From positions 9,600-73,599 of the forward strand of contig CAVZQG010000013.1 in the NCBI GenBank assembly GCA_963777365.1: a stretch of 64,000 nucleotides of DNA. Reading direction: 5' to 3'. This document shows, one piece after another, positions 30,697-39,952 of the stretch (its first letter is position 1; every line of letters starts with the position of its first letter). A program made the position numbers and the translations under genes. This DNA is from Vulcanimicrobiota bacterium. Its GTDB lineage: Bacteria; Vulcanimicrobiota; Vulcanimicrobiia; Vulcanimicrobiales; Vulcanimicrobiaceae. The notes below the pieces were generated by a model, which searched no databases, was not told the DNA's origin, and worked only from the letters and a program-made list of their open reading frames with translations.

Positions 30697-30879
30697 CTCG
30701 CGCCGGCGAACGCCTTCGCTTGCACCTCGTGCAAACGGCCTGTCGCGACGTCAAAGACGAAGCCGCGCATCCATGCACGCGAGTACGGCGACGTGCTTTG
30801 ACGGGGGCATCGGCAACGGGCCGCGGAACTGCTGCGAGTAGCGCTGGTTGTTGCTCAGATACTCATCGGTGATGCTCAT
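30693..30879 (-). pseudogene. Beta-carbonic anhydrase (mycobacterial Rv1284/CanA type) with a large internal out-of-frame deletion
   Basis: The N-terminus MSITDEYLSNNQRYSQQFRGPLPMPPSKHVAVLACMDARL is joined directly, in another frame, to the family C-terminus RGFVFDVATGRLHEV.... The zinc-site and core region are missing. SD AGAAAGAGG lies before the ATG. Confidence 0.6.
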
Positions 30880-30904
30880 ACAAGCCTCTTTCTGAAGATC
30901 GAGA

Positions 30905-30934
30905 TAAAATAAAAAACCCTCGCTGCGGCGAGGG
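30905..30934 (-). terminator. Rho-independent terminator/attenuator upstream of the carbonic-anhydrase remnant
   Basis: Minus strand: CCCTCGC-cgca-GCGAGGG followed by TTTTTTATTTT. It ends about 25 nt before the SD-ATG at 30879. Confidence 0.6.
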
Positions 30935-31054
30935 CTCGATTATCAGGTAGATAACGACGTCTATCTACGCAAAAGCAAACTCGCCGCGGCCCCAGTGACC
31001 AGCACGACACCTACATCCGAAATTCGCCCGAACAGCGGCCATTTGCATTTGCAA

Positions 31055-31084
31055 ATCCTAGCACTTCGCTTTTCTCATAGTCAA
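31055..31084 (-). promoter_or_regulatory. Candidate sigma-70-type promoter (TTGACT - 18 nt - TAGGAT)
   Basis: Read on the minus strand. The predicted transcript would start near 31047 and run about 110-140 nt to the terminator at 30905-30934. Confidence 0.3.
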
Positions 31085-31479
31085 GGCGGCGGCTCCGGTT
31101 TGACAAAAGCCGTCTTCACACCCTCGCATCGTTGCATTGTCGTCTCGCATAACTTGTATTCTGACTGTGATGAAGGCAACACGCGAGAGGAAATGCACAC
31201 GGGTTGGCGTGGCAACTGCCGTCGCAACTCCGGCGCAGGCCTTTCCAGTCTGTAGAGACGATCCTGGCTGAACTCGCAGGTCTCCGGAAACCACCTCCCT
31301 CGCACTGAATATTCGAGAGTTGCATCTTCCGTTCGGCGCAATGATTTCGGTCCCGACCCAGATCAGCGTTCGACCCGGGAAAAGGACGTTCGAATGGCGC
31401 ATGGTTGTTCAGGCGGCGATCAACAACTTAAGAATATCCACGGTTCGAAGCCGTCCTCACGTTGATTCCCACGGCCCGT

Positions 31480-31640
31480 GCCGGTTCTCAGTCGAACTCG
31501 CCGGGACATACGGCGTGCCGTTCGGGCTTCTTGGCCGTGCAATCGATCACACGGGACTTCCTGGGGCGGCGCAATCGAGATTAAGGCGGCGCTTCGTCCG
31601 GGGCGCCGGAAATCGAGTAGCCGTGCTATCCCATGGCGCA
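31480..31640 (+). pseudogene. Remnant of a tandem paralogue of the following gene
   Basis: RFSVELAGTYGVPFGLLGRAIDHTGLPGAAQSRLRRRF resembles LHLQGQYEPPFGRVGKVFDFVVGRAVARHTMQHLLGEL of the 31661..32116 product. There is no intact N-terminus. Confidence 0.35.
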
Positions 31641-31660
31641 ACAAGTTTAAGGAGACTGCC

Positions 31661-32116
31661 GTGACACACACTGCCGCTACACGCTACGTAGATTGCCCGT
31701 TTTCAGCTACGGTCGAGTTTGTGGAAAAAGTGGTGGGACAACGGAACGGATTTTATATGATGCCTTCTCCGGCGCTTGGGGAGCGCGTTCGATTCGCGGC
31801 CGCAGACACACCGGATTTGAGCGACAGCGCGCGCAAGCACGACGCGCATCTCATCGCTTGGCGCCCCCAAAATCGCACCATGTTTCCCGACTTTTGCGGC
31901 GTATTAACGGTACGACCCGAGGGCCGAGGCGCGTTCCTGCATTTGCAGGGTCAATACGAGCCGCCTTTCGGACGTGTGGGCAAGGTCTTCGATTTTGTGG
32001 TAGGCCGCGCCGTGGCGCGCCATACCATGCAGCATCTTCTCGGTGAACTCGGCGATGACATCGAAGCGGAGTATCGTAAAGAACGGCAGCACTACAAGCC
32101 GGCTATCACGACGTAA
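31661..32116 (+). CDS. Hypothetical protein (possibly SRPBCC/START-like fold)
   Basis: SD AAGGAG lies 6 nt before the GTG at 31661. 151 aa. The fold guess is from general resemblance only. Confidence 0.5.
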   Translation: MTHTAATRYVDCPFSATVEFVEKVVGQRNGFYMMPSPALGERVRFAAADTPDLSDSARKHDAHLIAWRPQNRTMFPDFCGVLTVRPEGRGAFLHLQGQYEPPFGRVGKVFDFVVGRAVARHTMQHLLGELGDDIEAEYRKERQHYKPAITT

Positions 32117-32129
32117 TTGGAGTTAAGAC

Positions 32130-32590
32130 ATGTTCACACACATATTATGCTCCTCGATGGTTCTGATTTTCCGTGCAGGCGCTTAAGGTCGCTGCTAGGC
32201 TTGCCGCGGATCAAAAAGCCGACTTGACGATTTGCACCGTCGTCGATCCCGCGAAAGCCGCGGCCATGGCCTTCGGCGATCCTCTTAGCGGCGCTGCTTG
32301 CATCACTCGCTAGACGACGAGGCGAAAAGCATTGCTATCGATGCAATTAACTCGGTGAAAAGCGTGGCGAGGGCCCAGTCGGTGGAGCTTGAAGGGGAAG
32401 CTGTAGATGAGATCGTCCACTACGCCGACGCCAACGTGTGCAAGTCGCCCACTCGGGTTTGACACTCGCGTGCCTGGTCTGTACAAATATCGTCGTTATG
32501 CGATAGCGAGACAACATCCTGAAACGTTTGAATCCGGCGGCGCGGGAACGTTGCAACTTGTGGATCGCATCGCACAGCGGGAATTCAAAA
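32130..32590 (+). pseudogene. Universal stress protein (UspA family), multiply frame-broken and degraded at the 3' end
   Basis: The stitched product reads MFTHILVLLDGSDFSVQALKVAARLAADQKADLTICTVVDPAKAAAMAFGDP...AIDAINSVKSVARAQSVELEGEAVDEIVHYADANV.... The expected G-x2-G-x9-GS tail is not recoverable. Confidence 0.55.
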
Positions 32591-32624
32591 AGAGCCCTCG
32601 CGTGCGCGAGGGCTCTTCGTTTTT
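32591..32624 (+). terminator. Rho-independent terminator
   Basis: AGAGCCCTCGCG / CGCGAGGGCTCT 12-bp stem followed by TCGTTTTT. It abuts the 3' end of the tRNA on the other strand. Confidence 0.7.
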
Positions 32625-32625
32625 A

Positions 32626-32700
32626 TGGCTCCGGATGTTGGACTCGAACCAACGACCCGCTGATTAACAGTCAGCTGCTCTACCAACTGAGCTAATCCGG
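32626..32700 (-). tRNA. tRNA-Asn (anticodon GTT), CCA encoded
   Basis: Minus strand: TCCGGAT TA GCTC AGTTGGTA GAGC A GCTGA CTGTTAA TCAGC GGGTC GTTGG TTCGAGT CCAAC ATCCGGA G CCA. All four stems pair. The anticodon loop is CT-GTT-AA. Confidence 0.9.
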
Positions 32701-32777
32701 AACGGTCGCAAGCGACCCGCCGTAATTGGCCATCCCGGTCCCCGCTCCTTTGTGGGGTCCGCCTGAGGAATGCAAAA

Positions 32778-34007
32778 GTGGCGTCAACTTCAGCCGCGAT
32801 GCCGGGAATATTTGCCTCCCGCAGCTTCCGGCAGTACTATGCGGGCCAAGCCCTGAGCATGATCGGCGACGGCCTTCGCACGCTGGCGGTGCCGCTGCTC
32901 GTCTTTAAACTTACCGGCTCGGCGCTCTCGACCGGCGTCTCGTACATCTGCGAGGTCGCTCCGTACGCCGTGTTTGGGCTGGTCGGGGGCTCGCTTGCGG
33001 ATCGTCTGGATCGACGCACGCTCATGATTGGCACGGATGCAGTGCGCTGCGCGATCATGTGCTTGTTCGCGGTGTTCTTTGCAGTGCACGCGTTGACGAT
33101 TCCGATGATCTACGGCGGACTCGTGCTGATCTCGATCTGCGCTTCGATCTTTCTGGGCGGTCAAGCATCGAGCATTCCGTTCTTGCTAGGGCGCGAACAA
33201 GGCACGCGAGCGGTCGCCGCACTGAACGCCGCCGAGAACACTTCGAATTTGGTTACTCCGGTCATCGGCGGCGCTATTTTTAGCCTCTTTGGTCCGCTTC
33301 CGGCGCTTACCGTAAATGCTGCCACGTATCTGCTCTCGCAGCTCTCGCTGGCGCGTATTCCGACACTCGGGCCTGACGCAGCCGCCGGGATACCCTCGCT
33401 GCAGCATGTCGCCGGCGACGTGCGGCTCGGCTTTCGCCTGCTCTTTGCGGATCGCGGACTGCGTGCACAAACCTTTGGAAGCTGTGCACTCAATGCAATC
33501 GGCTTCGGCGGTTACTCCATTTTGATTCCATTCTTGAAACGCGGCTTTCACGCCACCGATCCGCAGGTTGGAATTTTTTTGGGCATCTCGGCCGTTGGGG
33601 CGATCTGCGGTTCGCTGTTCGCGGGACATTTTGCGAATCGCTGGCCGTTCGGGCGCGCGCTTTGCGTTGCACTCATACTGGACTCGGTGCTTTTCATCCC
33701 GGTCGTTCTCACGAAGAACATGTGGATTGCCGGCGTCTTCTGGGCGATTGCCAACGCGTTCGCAAACTTCGAGGTGGCGCAGATTATCGGTTTCCGGCTG
33801 CGAATCATTCCCGAAGAGCTCGTCGGTCGCGTCTTCGGTGTCGTACGGTTGTTCGTACTGTGCGGCATGGCGCCGGGGGTGCTGCTGTTCGGTTTCGTGG
33901 CCGACCGCTATTCGCCGCATCTCGCGATGACGGTCAGCGCGATCAGCTATTTGGCGATCGCCCTGATCGCCGTGGCTAGTCCGGCGATTCGCGAAGAGCG
34001 CCGCTAA
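32778..34007 (+). CDS. MFS transporter (EntS/MFS_3-like)
   Basis: 12-TM-type hydrophobic profile, including FRQYYAGQALSMIGDGL and LADRLDRR. Intact. Confidence 0.8.
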   Translation: MASTSAAMPGIFASRSFRQYYAGQALSMIGDGLRTLAVPLLVFKLTGSALSTGVSYICEVAPYAVFGLVGGSLADRLDRRTLMIGTDAVRCAIMCLFAVFFAVHALTIPMIYGGLVLISICASIFLGGQASSIPFLLGREQGTRAVAALNAAENTSNLVTPVIGGAIFSLFGPLPALTVNAATYLLSQLSLARIPTLGPDAAAGIPSLQHVAGDVRLGFRLLFADRGLRAQTFGSCALNAIGFGGYSILIPFLKRGFHATDPQVGIFLGISAVGAICGSLFAGHFANRWPFGRALCVALILDSVLFIPVVLTKNMWIAGVFWAIANAFANFEVAQIIGFRLRIIPEELVGRVFGVVRLFVLCGMAPGVLLFGFVADRYSPHLAMTVSAISYLAIALIAVASPAIREERR

Positions 34008-34011
34008 AAAA

Positions 34012-34044
34012 ACGAGGCACTCGATTCCGAGTGCCTCGCTTTTC
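34012..34044. terminator. Bidirectional rho-independent terminator
   Basis: CGAGGCACTCG-attc-CGAGTGCCTCG 11-bp stem, with A7 upstream and CTTTTCT downstream. It sits between convergent genes. Confidence 0.7.
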
Positions 34045-34063
34045 TGCCCTTGAACGAGCGAAT

Positions 34064-34654
34064 CTATGGATGACCCGCCTGGCGGCGAACCATCAGCGGC
34101 CGGGTGAGCGTCAATTGGAAGTTCGAACCTTGCTTCATCGTGATGTTGGCTTTCTTGTTGTAGCCGACGAGGAAGCCCGACGCCGCACCCACAGCTCCGC
34201 CGGCGTTCGAGTGGAAGATCGTTTTGCCCAGGATATTGCCGGCAATCATGCCGCCGATGGTCGTAAGCGCGACGTGGCCGCCGTTCTTGTTTTGGCTCTG
34301 CGGGCCGCCTTGCGTCATGACCGCATCAACGGGGTAGCTGGCGCCGTTCTGCAGCGTGATCGAATCCCACGCGAAATGCAGTTCGGGGTTGCGGCCCTGA
34401 CCGGCTTGCACGACTTTGACGACCGTCCCGTTGATAATTGCATTTGCGAACGTATCGTCATCATTCGGATACGGCGCGACGACCCGTCCCGTGAAATGCT
34501 CTCCGGCGTAGGCGTCTCCGGAGTCAATGGTATCCTGCATCTGCACGTTCAGGACTTGGCCCTGCTGCAGCGTCACCGTCTGCGCCAGTGCCGCCGCCGG
34601 CAGTGCGAACGCGAGAAGCATGGCCAGCGCCGGGATTCTGCTTCGAAAGTTCAT
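34064..34654 (-). CDS. Secreted hypothetical protein with Gly-rich C-terminal region
   Basis: SD AAGGAG before the ATG at 34654. Signal MNFRSRIPALAMLLAFALPAAALA, and a Gly-zipper-like GGMIAGNILGK...GGAVGAASGFLVG. Confidence 0.5.
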   Translation of the reverse strand: MNFRSRIPALAMLLAFALPAAALAQTVTLQQGQVLNVQMQDTIDSGDAYAGEHFTGRVVAPYPNDDDTFANAIINGTVVKVVQAGQGRNPELHFAWDSITLQNGASYPVDAVMTQGGPQSQNKNGGHVALTTIGGMIAGNILGKTIFHSNAGGAVGAASGFLVGYNKKANITMKQGSNFQLTLTRPLMVRRQAGHP

Positions 34655-34709
34655 GTAATCTCCTTTATGCTGGTCGGCGGGACGCGGTTCCCCACGACGT
34701 TTACCGATA

Positions 34710-34737
34710 GAACGTGAAAGCGGCCGCATGTGTTCGC
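34710..34737 (-). terminator. Hairpin after metK (weak T-tract)
   Basis: GCGGCCGCATG / CATGCGGCCGC 11-bp stem with a 6-nt loop. On the minus strand it is followed only by TTTCACGTT. Confidence 0.45.
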
Positions 34738-34774
34738 ATGCGGCCGCAACTTGGGCCGTTCGAGGTCAGAGACC

Positions 34775-36003
34775 TTACGGGGAAGCTGTAAAATCCGGGA
34801 CCTTCAGGGTACCCGCTCCGGCTGCCGACCGCAGCGCGTCGACCTTGTCCAAGCGCTCCCAGGGCAGGTCGAGATCCGGACGGCCGAAATGCCCGTACGC
34901 AGCCGTCTGCCGGTAGATCGGACGGCGAAGATCCAAATTATGGATGATCGCAGCCGGCCGCAGATCGAACGTCTTTTTGACGATCTCCGCTATCTGCTCT
35001 TCGGAAAGCCGTCCGGTTCCGAACGTTTCGACCAGGACGCTTACTGGGCGCGCAACGCCGATCGCATACGCGACTTGTACTTCGCAGCGGTCGGCCAGTC
35101 CGGCCGCAACGATGTTCTTTGCAACGTGTCGCGCAGCGTATGCAGCCGAGCGGTCTACCTTCGTTGGATCCTTTCCGGAGAACGCGCCGCCACCGTGACG
35201 CGCCATGCCGCCGTACGTATCCGCGATGATCTTGCGGCCGGTCAGTCCCGCATCCCCTTGGGTCCGCCGATCACAAAGCGTCCGGTCGGATTTACGTAGA
35301 TCCGCGTATTGGCATCACGCAGCGATGCTGGAATGACGTGATTGATCACCTTCTCGGTGATCTCCGTGCGGATCGTTTCGAGCGGAATATCGGGATCGTG
35401 CTGCGTCGAGATAACGACCGCGTCGACGCGCACGGGCTTGTCGCCTTCGTACTCAACGGTGACCTGGGACTTTCCGTCCGGACGCAGGTATGGGATATCG
35501 CCGTTCTTACGCAACGCCGAGAGCGTACGGGTGAGATTGTGCGCAAGCACGATCGGCAGCGGCATCAGCTCGTCGGTTTCGCGGCAGGCGTACCCGAACA
35601 TCATGCCCTGATCGCCCGCACCGATGCGCTCAAATAGATCGTCGGGGTGTTCGCCGGCTTTTGCCTCGAGCGACTTATCGACTCCCATTGCAATGTCGGG
35701 CGACTGCTCGTCGATGGAAACGCTCACACCGCACGTGTCATAGTCAAAACCAACGGCCGACTTCGTGTAGCCGATATCTTTGATGACCTCACGCACAATA
35801 CGCGGGATATCGATGTAGGTCGTCGTCGTGATCTCACCGGCAATGTGGATCTGACCGGTTATCGCAAACGTTTCGCATGCGACGCGCCCGTTTGGGTCGT
35901 CTTGGAGAATCGCGTCGAGAACGGCATCCGAAATCTGGTCGGCGACCTTGTCGGGATGACCCTCGGTCACCGATTCGCTGGTAAAGAGCCGGCGGTATGC
36001 CAT
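34775..36003 (-). CDS. metK: S-adenosylmethionine synthetase, 1 frameshift (~35245)
   Basis: [32 protein letters not shown] and ...[12 protein letters not shown], then a break, then [11 protein letters not shown]...[19 protein letters not shown]. The junction is consistent with CCCC read as CCC. Confidence 0.9.
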
Positions 36004-36005
36004 GG

Positions 36006-37388
<1,383 letters not shown>

Positions 37389-37391
37389 CTA

Positions 37392-37991
37392 ATGACCCAA
37401 TCCGTGGAGACGCTCGATGACTATCTGACAAAACTCGCATCGGCTGAGCCCGTGCCGGGCGGGGGCAGCGCGGCGCTCGTCGTCGGCGCCGCCGGATGCA
37501 GCCTGCTTGCGATGGTTGCGCGCATCTGCGCCGCACGTAAGAAGTACGAGGCCGTTCACGCGCTCGCGCAGCGGCTCGTCGACGAGGCTGACCGACTACG
37601 CGCGCACATGCTCTCTCTGCGAGAGCGCGACGAAGCAGCCTTTGAAGCGGTCGTCGCTGCGCGCGGCAATAAGGATGCGATGCAGCGAGCGCTGCACGAC
37701 GCGGCCGCCGCGCCGCTCGAAGGTGCGAAAGCATCGCAGCAAGCGCTGCACCTTGCATCCCAAGCGCTCGAATTGAACAATGCAAATCTGGTGAGCGATA
37801 TCGGATGCGCCGCCGAGTTTGCGCATGCGGCCTTAATTTCATGCGCGTATAACGTGCGCATCAATCACAAGTTTATGACGGATGAACCCACGATCGCGTC
37901 CCAGCGCGCGCAGCTCGAACGCCTGCAAGACGATTCGCTTCCACTCTTGGCCCACGTGCGTTCGACCCTTAACGCTACCCTCTCAACGTAA
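37392..37991 (+). CDS. Cyclodeaminase/cyclohydrolase family protein (FTCD C-terminal-like, FchA-like)
   Basis: LDDYLTKLASAEPVPGGGSAALVVGAAGCSLLAMVARI is the typical N-terminal signature. All-helical, 199 aa. Confidence 0.75.
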   Translation: MTQSVETLDDYLTKLASAEPVPGGGSAALVVGAAGCSLLAMVARICAARKKYEAVHALAQRLVDEADRLRAHMLSLRERDEAAFEAVVAARGNKDAMQRALHDAAAAPLEGAKASQQALHLASQALELNNANLVSDIGCAAEFAHAALISCAYNVRINHKFMTDEPTIASQRAQLERLQDDSLPLLAHVRSTLNATLST

Positions 37992-38034
37992 CCCCAGCGT
38001 CATCGCGAGCGAACCCATCATCATCGTGAGAGAC

Positions 38035-38859
38035 TTACGGTGATGGATCCGCTCGTGACAAGGCGAGTTCTAAAAAGGGACGGATGTCGGCTTCATCGAC
38101 TTCGGCGCCCACGCCGCGTTTGTGGTAGCGGATGTCGTGGAAATCGGAACCGGCAGTCATTACCAGATCGTAGCGCTTGGCCTGATCGCGAAAATACTGG
38201 ACCTGCATCGGCTCGTGCGTCGGGTAGAAAACCTCTAAGCCGCGCAGACCGTGGTCGACGAGTTCACCGATGATATCGTAGTCGCGCAAGCGCCCAGGAT
38301 GTGCGAGGACCGGGATGCCGCCCGAAGCGCAGATGACGTCGATCGCCTCATGCGGCGTGATGTGCGTGGAGGGTACGTAGCCCGGCTCACCACGGCGCAA
38401 AAATGAGCGGAAAGCGTGATTGATGTCGGACGCAATTCCCAGGCGCACCAGCGCCTTGCCGACGTGCGGGCGACCGAGCGAAGCATTTTCGTGTGCCTCG
38501 GCGTGCACGTGTTCGAGCGTAATCTCGTGACCGGCCTCGCGCAGTTGCCGAACGATGCGTTCGACTCGAGTGCGGCGGGCTTTGCGGTTTGCCTCCAGCA
38601 CCTCCGAAAGGGGCGAGGGTTGCAATGGAAGGCAGTAGCCAAGCACGTGCACTTCACCCTCGTCGTAGGTCGTGTTGATTTCGATGCCGGTGATGACTTT
38701 GGCGTTCTTCGGGGGCTCGAACTGCCCGTACGCGCTCAGCGAATCGTGATCGGTAATGGAAAAAATGCGAACGCCGCGCTCGTGCATGAAATCACAAAGC
38801 CCCTGAGGCGAGAGCGTCCCGTCGCTCTCGCAGGTATGTGAATGAAAATCGACGAGCAA
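38035..38859 (-). CDS. PHP-domain phosphoesterase (TrpH/YciV-like)
   Basis: MLVDFHSHTCESDGTLSP, ...ITDHDS..., ...AHPGR... and ...GSDFH. Confidence 0.75.
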   Translation of the reverse strand: MLVDFHSHTCESDGTLSPQGLCDFMHERGVRIFSITDHDSLSAYGQFEPPKNAKVITGIEINTTYDEGEVHVLGYCLPLQPSPLSEVLEANRKARRTRVERIVRQLREAGHEITLEHVHAEAHENASLGRPHVGKALVRLGIASDINHAFRSFLRRGEPGYVPSTHITPHEAIDVICASGGIPVLAHPGRLRDYDIIGELVDHGLRGLEVFYPTHEPMQVQYFRDQAKRYDLVMTAGSDFHDIRYHKRGVGAEVDEADIRPFLELALSRADPSP

Positions 38860-38862
38860 GGA

Positions 38863-39162
38863 CTAGGAGGCTATATGGCGTTCTACGGACAGCGAGATCC
38901 CGGTTCGTTCGTTACCGTTGATCTCGACATCTATAAAGGTAGGCACGCAGGTAAGATCGATCTGTCCCGACTTCAGATAGCTGCGGGCTATGGCCACCGC
39001 CTTAATCGCCTGATTGATGGCACCCGCGCCGACGGCTTGCAGTTCGGCATGCTCGCGCTCGCGCAAGACAGCGGCAAGTGCACCGGCAACGGAGTTCGGA
39101 TTGCTCTTCGCGGAGACTTTCAAGATGCTGGTGGTGACGTGCTTAGCCGGATCTTGTATCAT
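38863..39162 (-). CDS. spoVS: SpoVS-family protein
   Basis: ILKVSAKSNPNSVAGALAAVLRE...ELQAVGAGAINQAIKAVAIARSYL... is the SpoVS signature. Confidence 0.85.
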   Translation of the reverse strand: MIQDPAKHVTTSILKVSAKSNPNSVAGALAAVLREREHAELQAVGAGAINQAIKAVAIARSYLKSGQIDLTCVPTFIDVEINGNERTGISLSVERHIAS

Positions 39163-39947
39163 GCTATGCCTCGTTGAAAGATGCGCTTGATTTCCGTAGC
39201 GCGGCCGGACTCCACGTCTATTGTAACCACCGCCGCGCAGAATTGTTTGGTCCCTGTCTTCTGCACGGAGAAACGATCGGAGAAGCCCGACGTAAACCGG
39301 TCCAGTACCGGCCCGGCTTCCATCCCAATCACACCCTCGGTCGGGCCAGTCATGCCGACGTCGGTCAAATACGCGGTTCCGCCCGGCAAAATCTGCTCGT
39401 CTGCGGTTTGAACGTGTGTGTGAGTACCGTAGATGACTGAAGCGCGCCCGTCAAGATACCTACCCAAGGCAACTTTCTCGCTGGTCGCCTCCGCGTGGAC
39501 GTCCACGACGACAATCTTGGTCCGGCCCTCCAATTCTGCCACGGCATAGTCGACAGCTCGGAACGGATCGTCGACGGGCGGCATGAATGTGCGACCCATG
39601 ACGTTGAGCACGCCGACCGTGGTGCCGTTATGGGTCACATAGCCTAGTCCGCGGCCGGGTACGCCCGGGGGATAATTCACCGGCCGGATGACGCGGTCGG
39701 TCGCGTCCAGATACGATTTGAACTCGCGTTTGTCGAAGATATGGTTGCCGCTGGTGATGAAGTCGACGCCGGTTGCGAACATCTCCTCAGCGGTCTGCGC
39801 GGTCAAACCAAAACCGCCGGCGGCGTTCTCGCCGTTGGCGATGCAAACATCGACGTTATGTTGGTCGCGTGCAAGCCCCACGCATCGCTTGAGGACCTCT
39901 CGGCCGGGAGAGCCGACGACGTCGCCGATGAGGAGCAGGGTCAGTGT
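39159..39947 (-). CDS. ymdB: YmdB-like metallophosphoesterase (2',3'-cyclic-nucleotide 2'-phosphodiesterase family); no canonical start codon in frame
   Basis: The conserved N-terminus TLTLLLIGDVVGSPGREVLKRC... lies upstream of the listed GTG. Then VCIANGENAAGGFG, ITSGNHIFD and YGTHTHVQTADE. The frame contains only CTG/ATA candidates directly after the upstream gene's TAG. Confidence 0.75.
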   Translation of the reverse strand, partial: TLTLLLIGDVVGSPGREVLKRCVGLARDQHNVDVCIANGENAAGGFGLTAQTAEEMFATGVDFITSGNHIFDKREFKSYLDATDRVIRPVNYPPGVPGRGLGYVTHNGTTVGVLNVMGRTFMPPVDDPFRAVDYAVAELEGRTKIVVVDVHAEATSEKVALGRYLDGRASVIYGTHTHVQTADEQILPGGTAYLTDVGMTGPTEGVIGMEAGPVLDRFTSGFSDRFSVQKTGTKQFCAAVVTIDVESGRATEIKRIFQRGIA

Positions 39948-39952
39948 GCTAG

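Noticed and set aside
30945-31450. A possible housekeeping structured RNA (tmRNA, RNase P RNA, 6S, SRP RNA) in the non-coding stretch. T-loop-like GGTTCGAAGCC lies at about 31443.
   Set aside because: I could not find the diagnostic cores: a tmRNA 5' GGGG..., tag ORF and ...CCA end; the RNase P GAGGAAAGUCC; or SRP domain IV. The T-loop-like string has only a 4-bp stem. Only the promoter-leader-terminator layout is kept as a finding.
30295-32700. A genomic island integrated at tRNA-Asn.
   Set aside because: I find no integrase, no mobile-element genes and no partial direct repeat of the tRNA 3' end. Only local gene decay can be supported.
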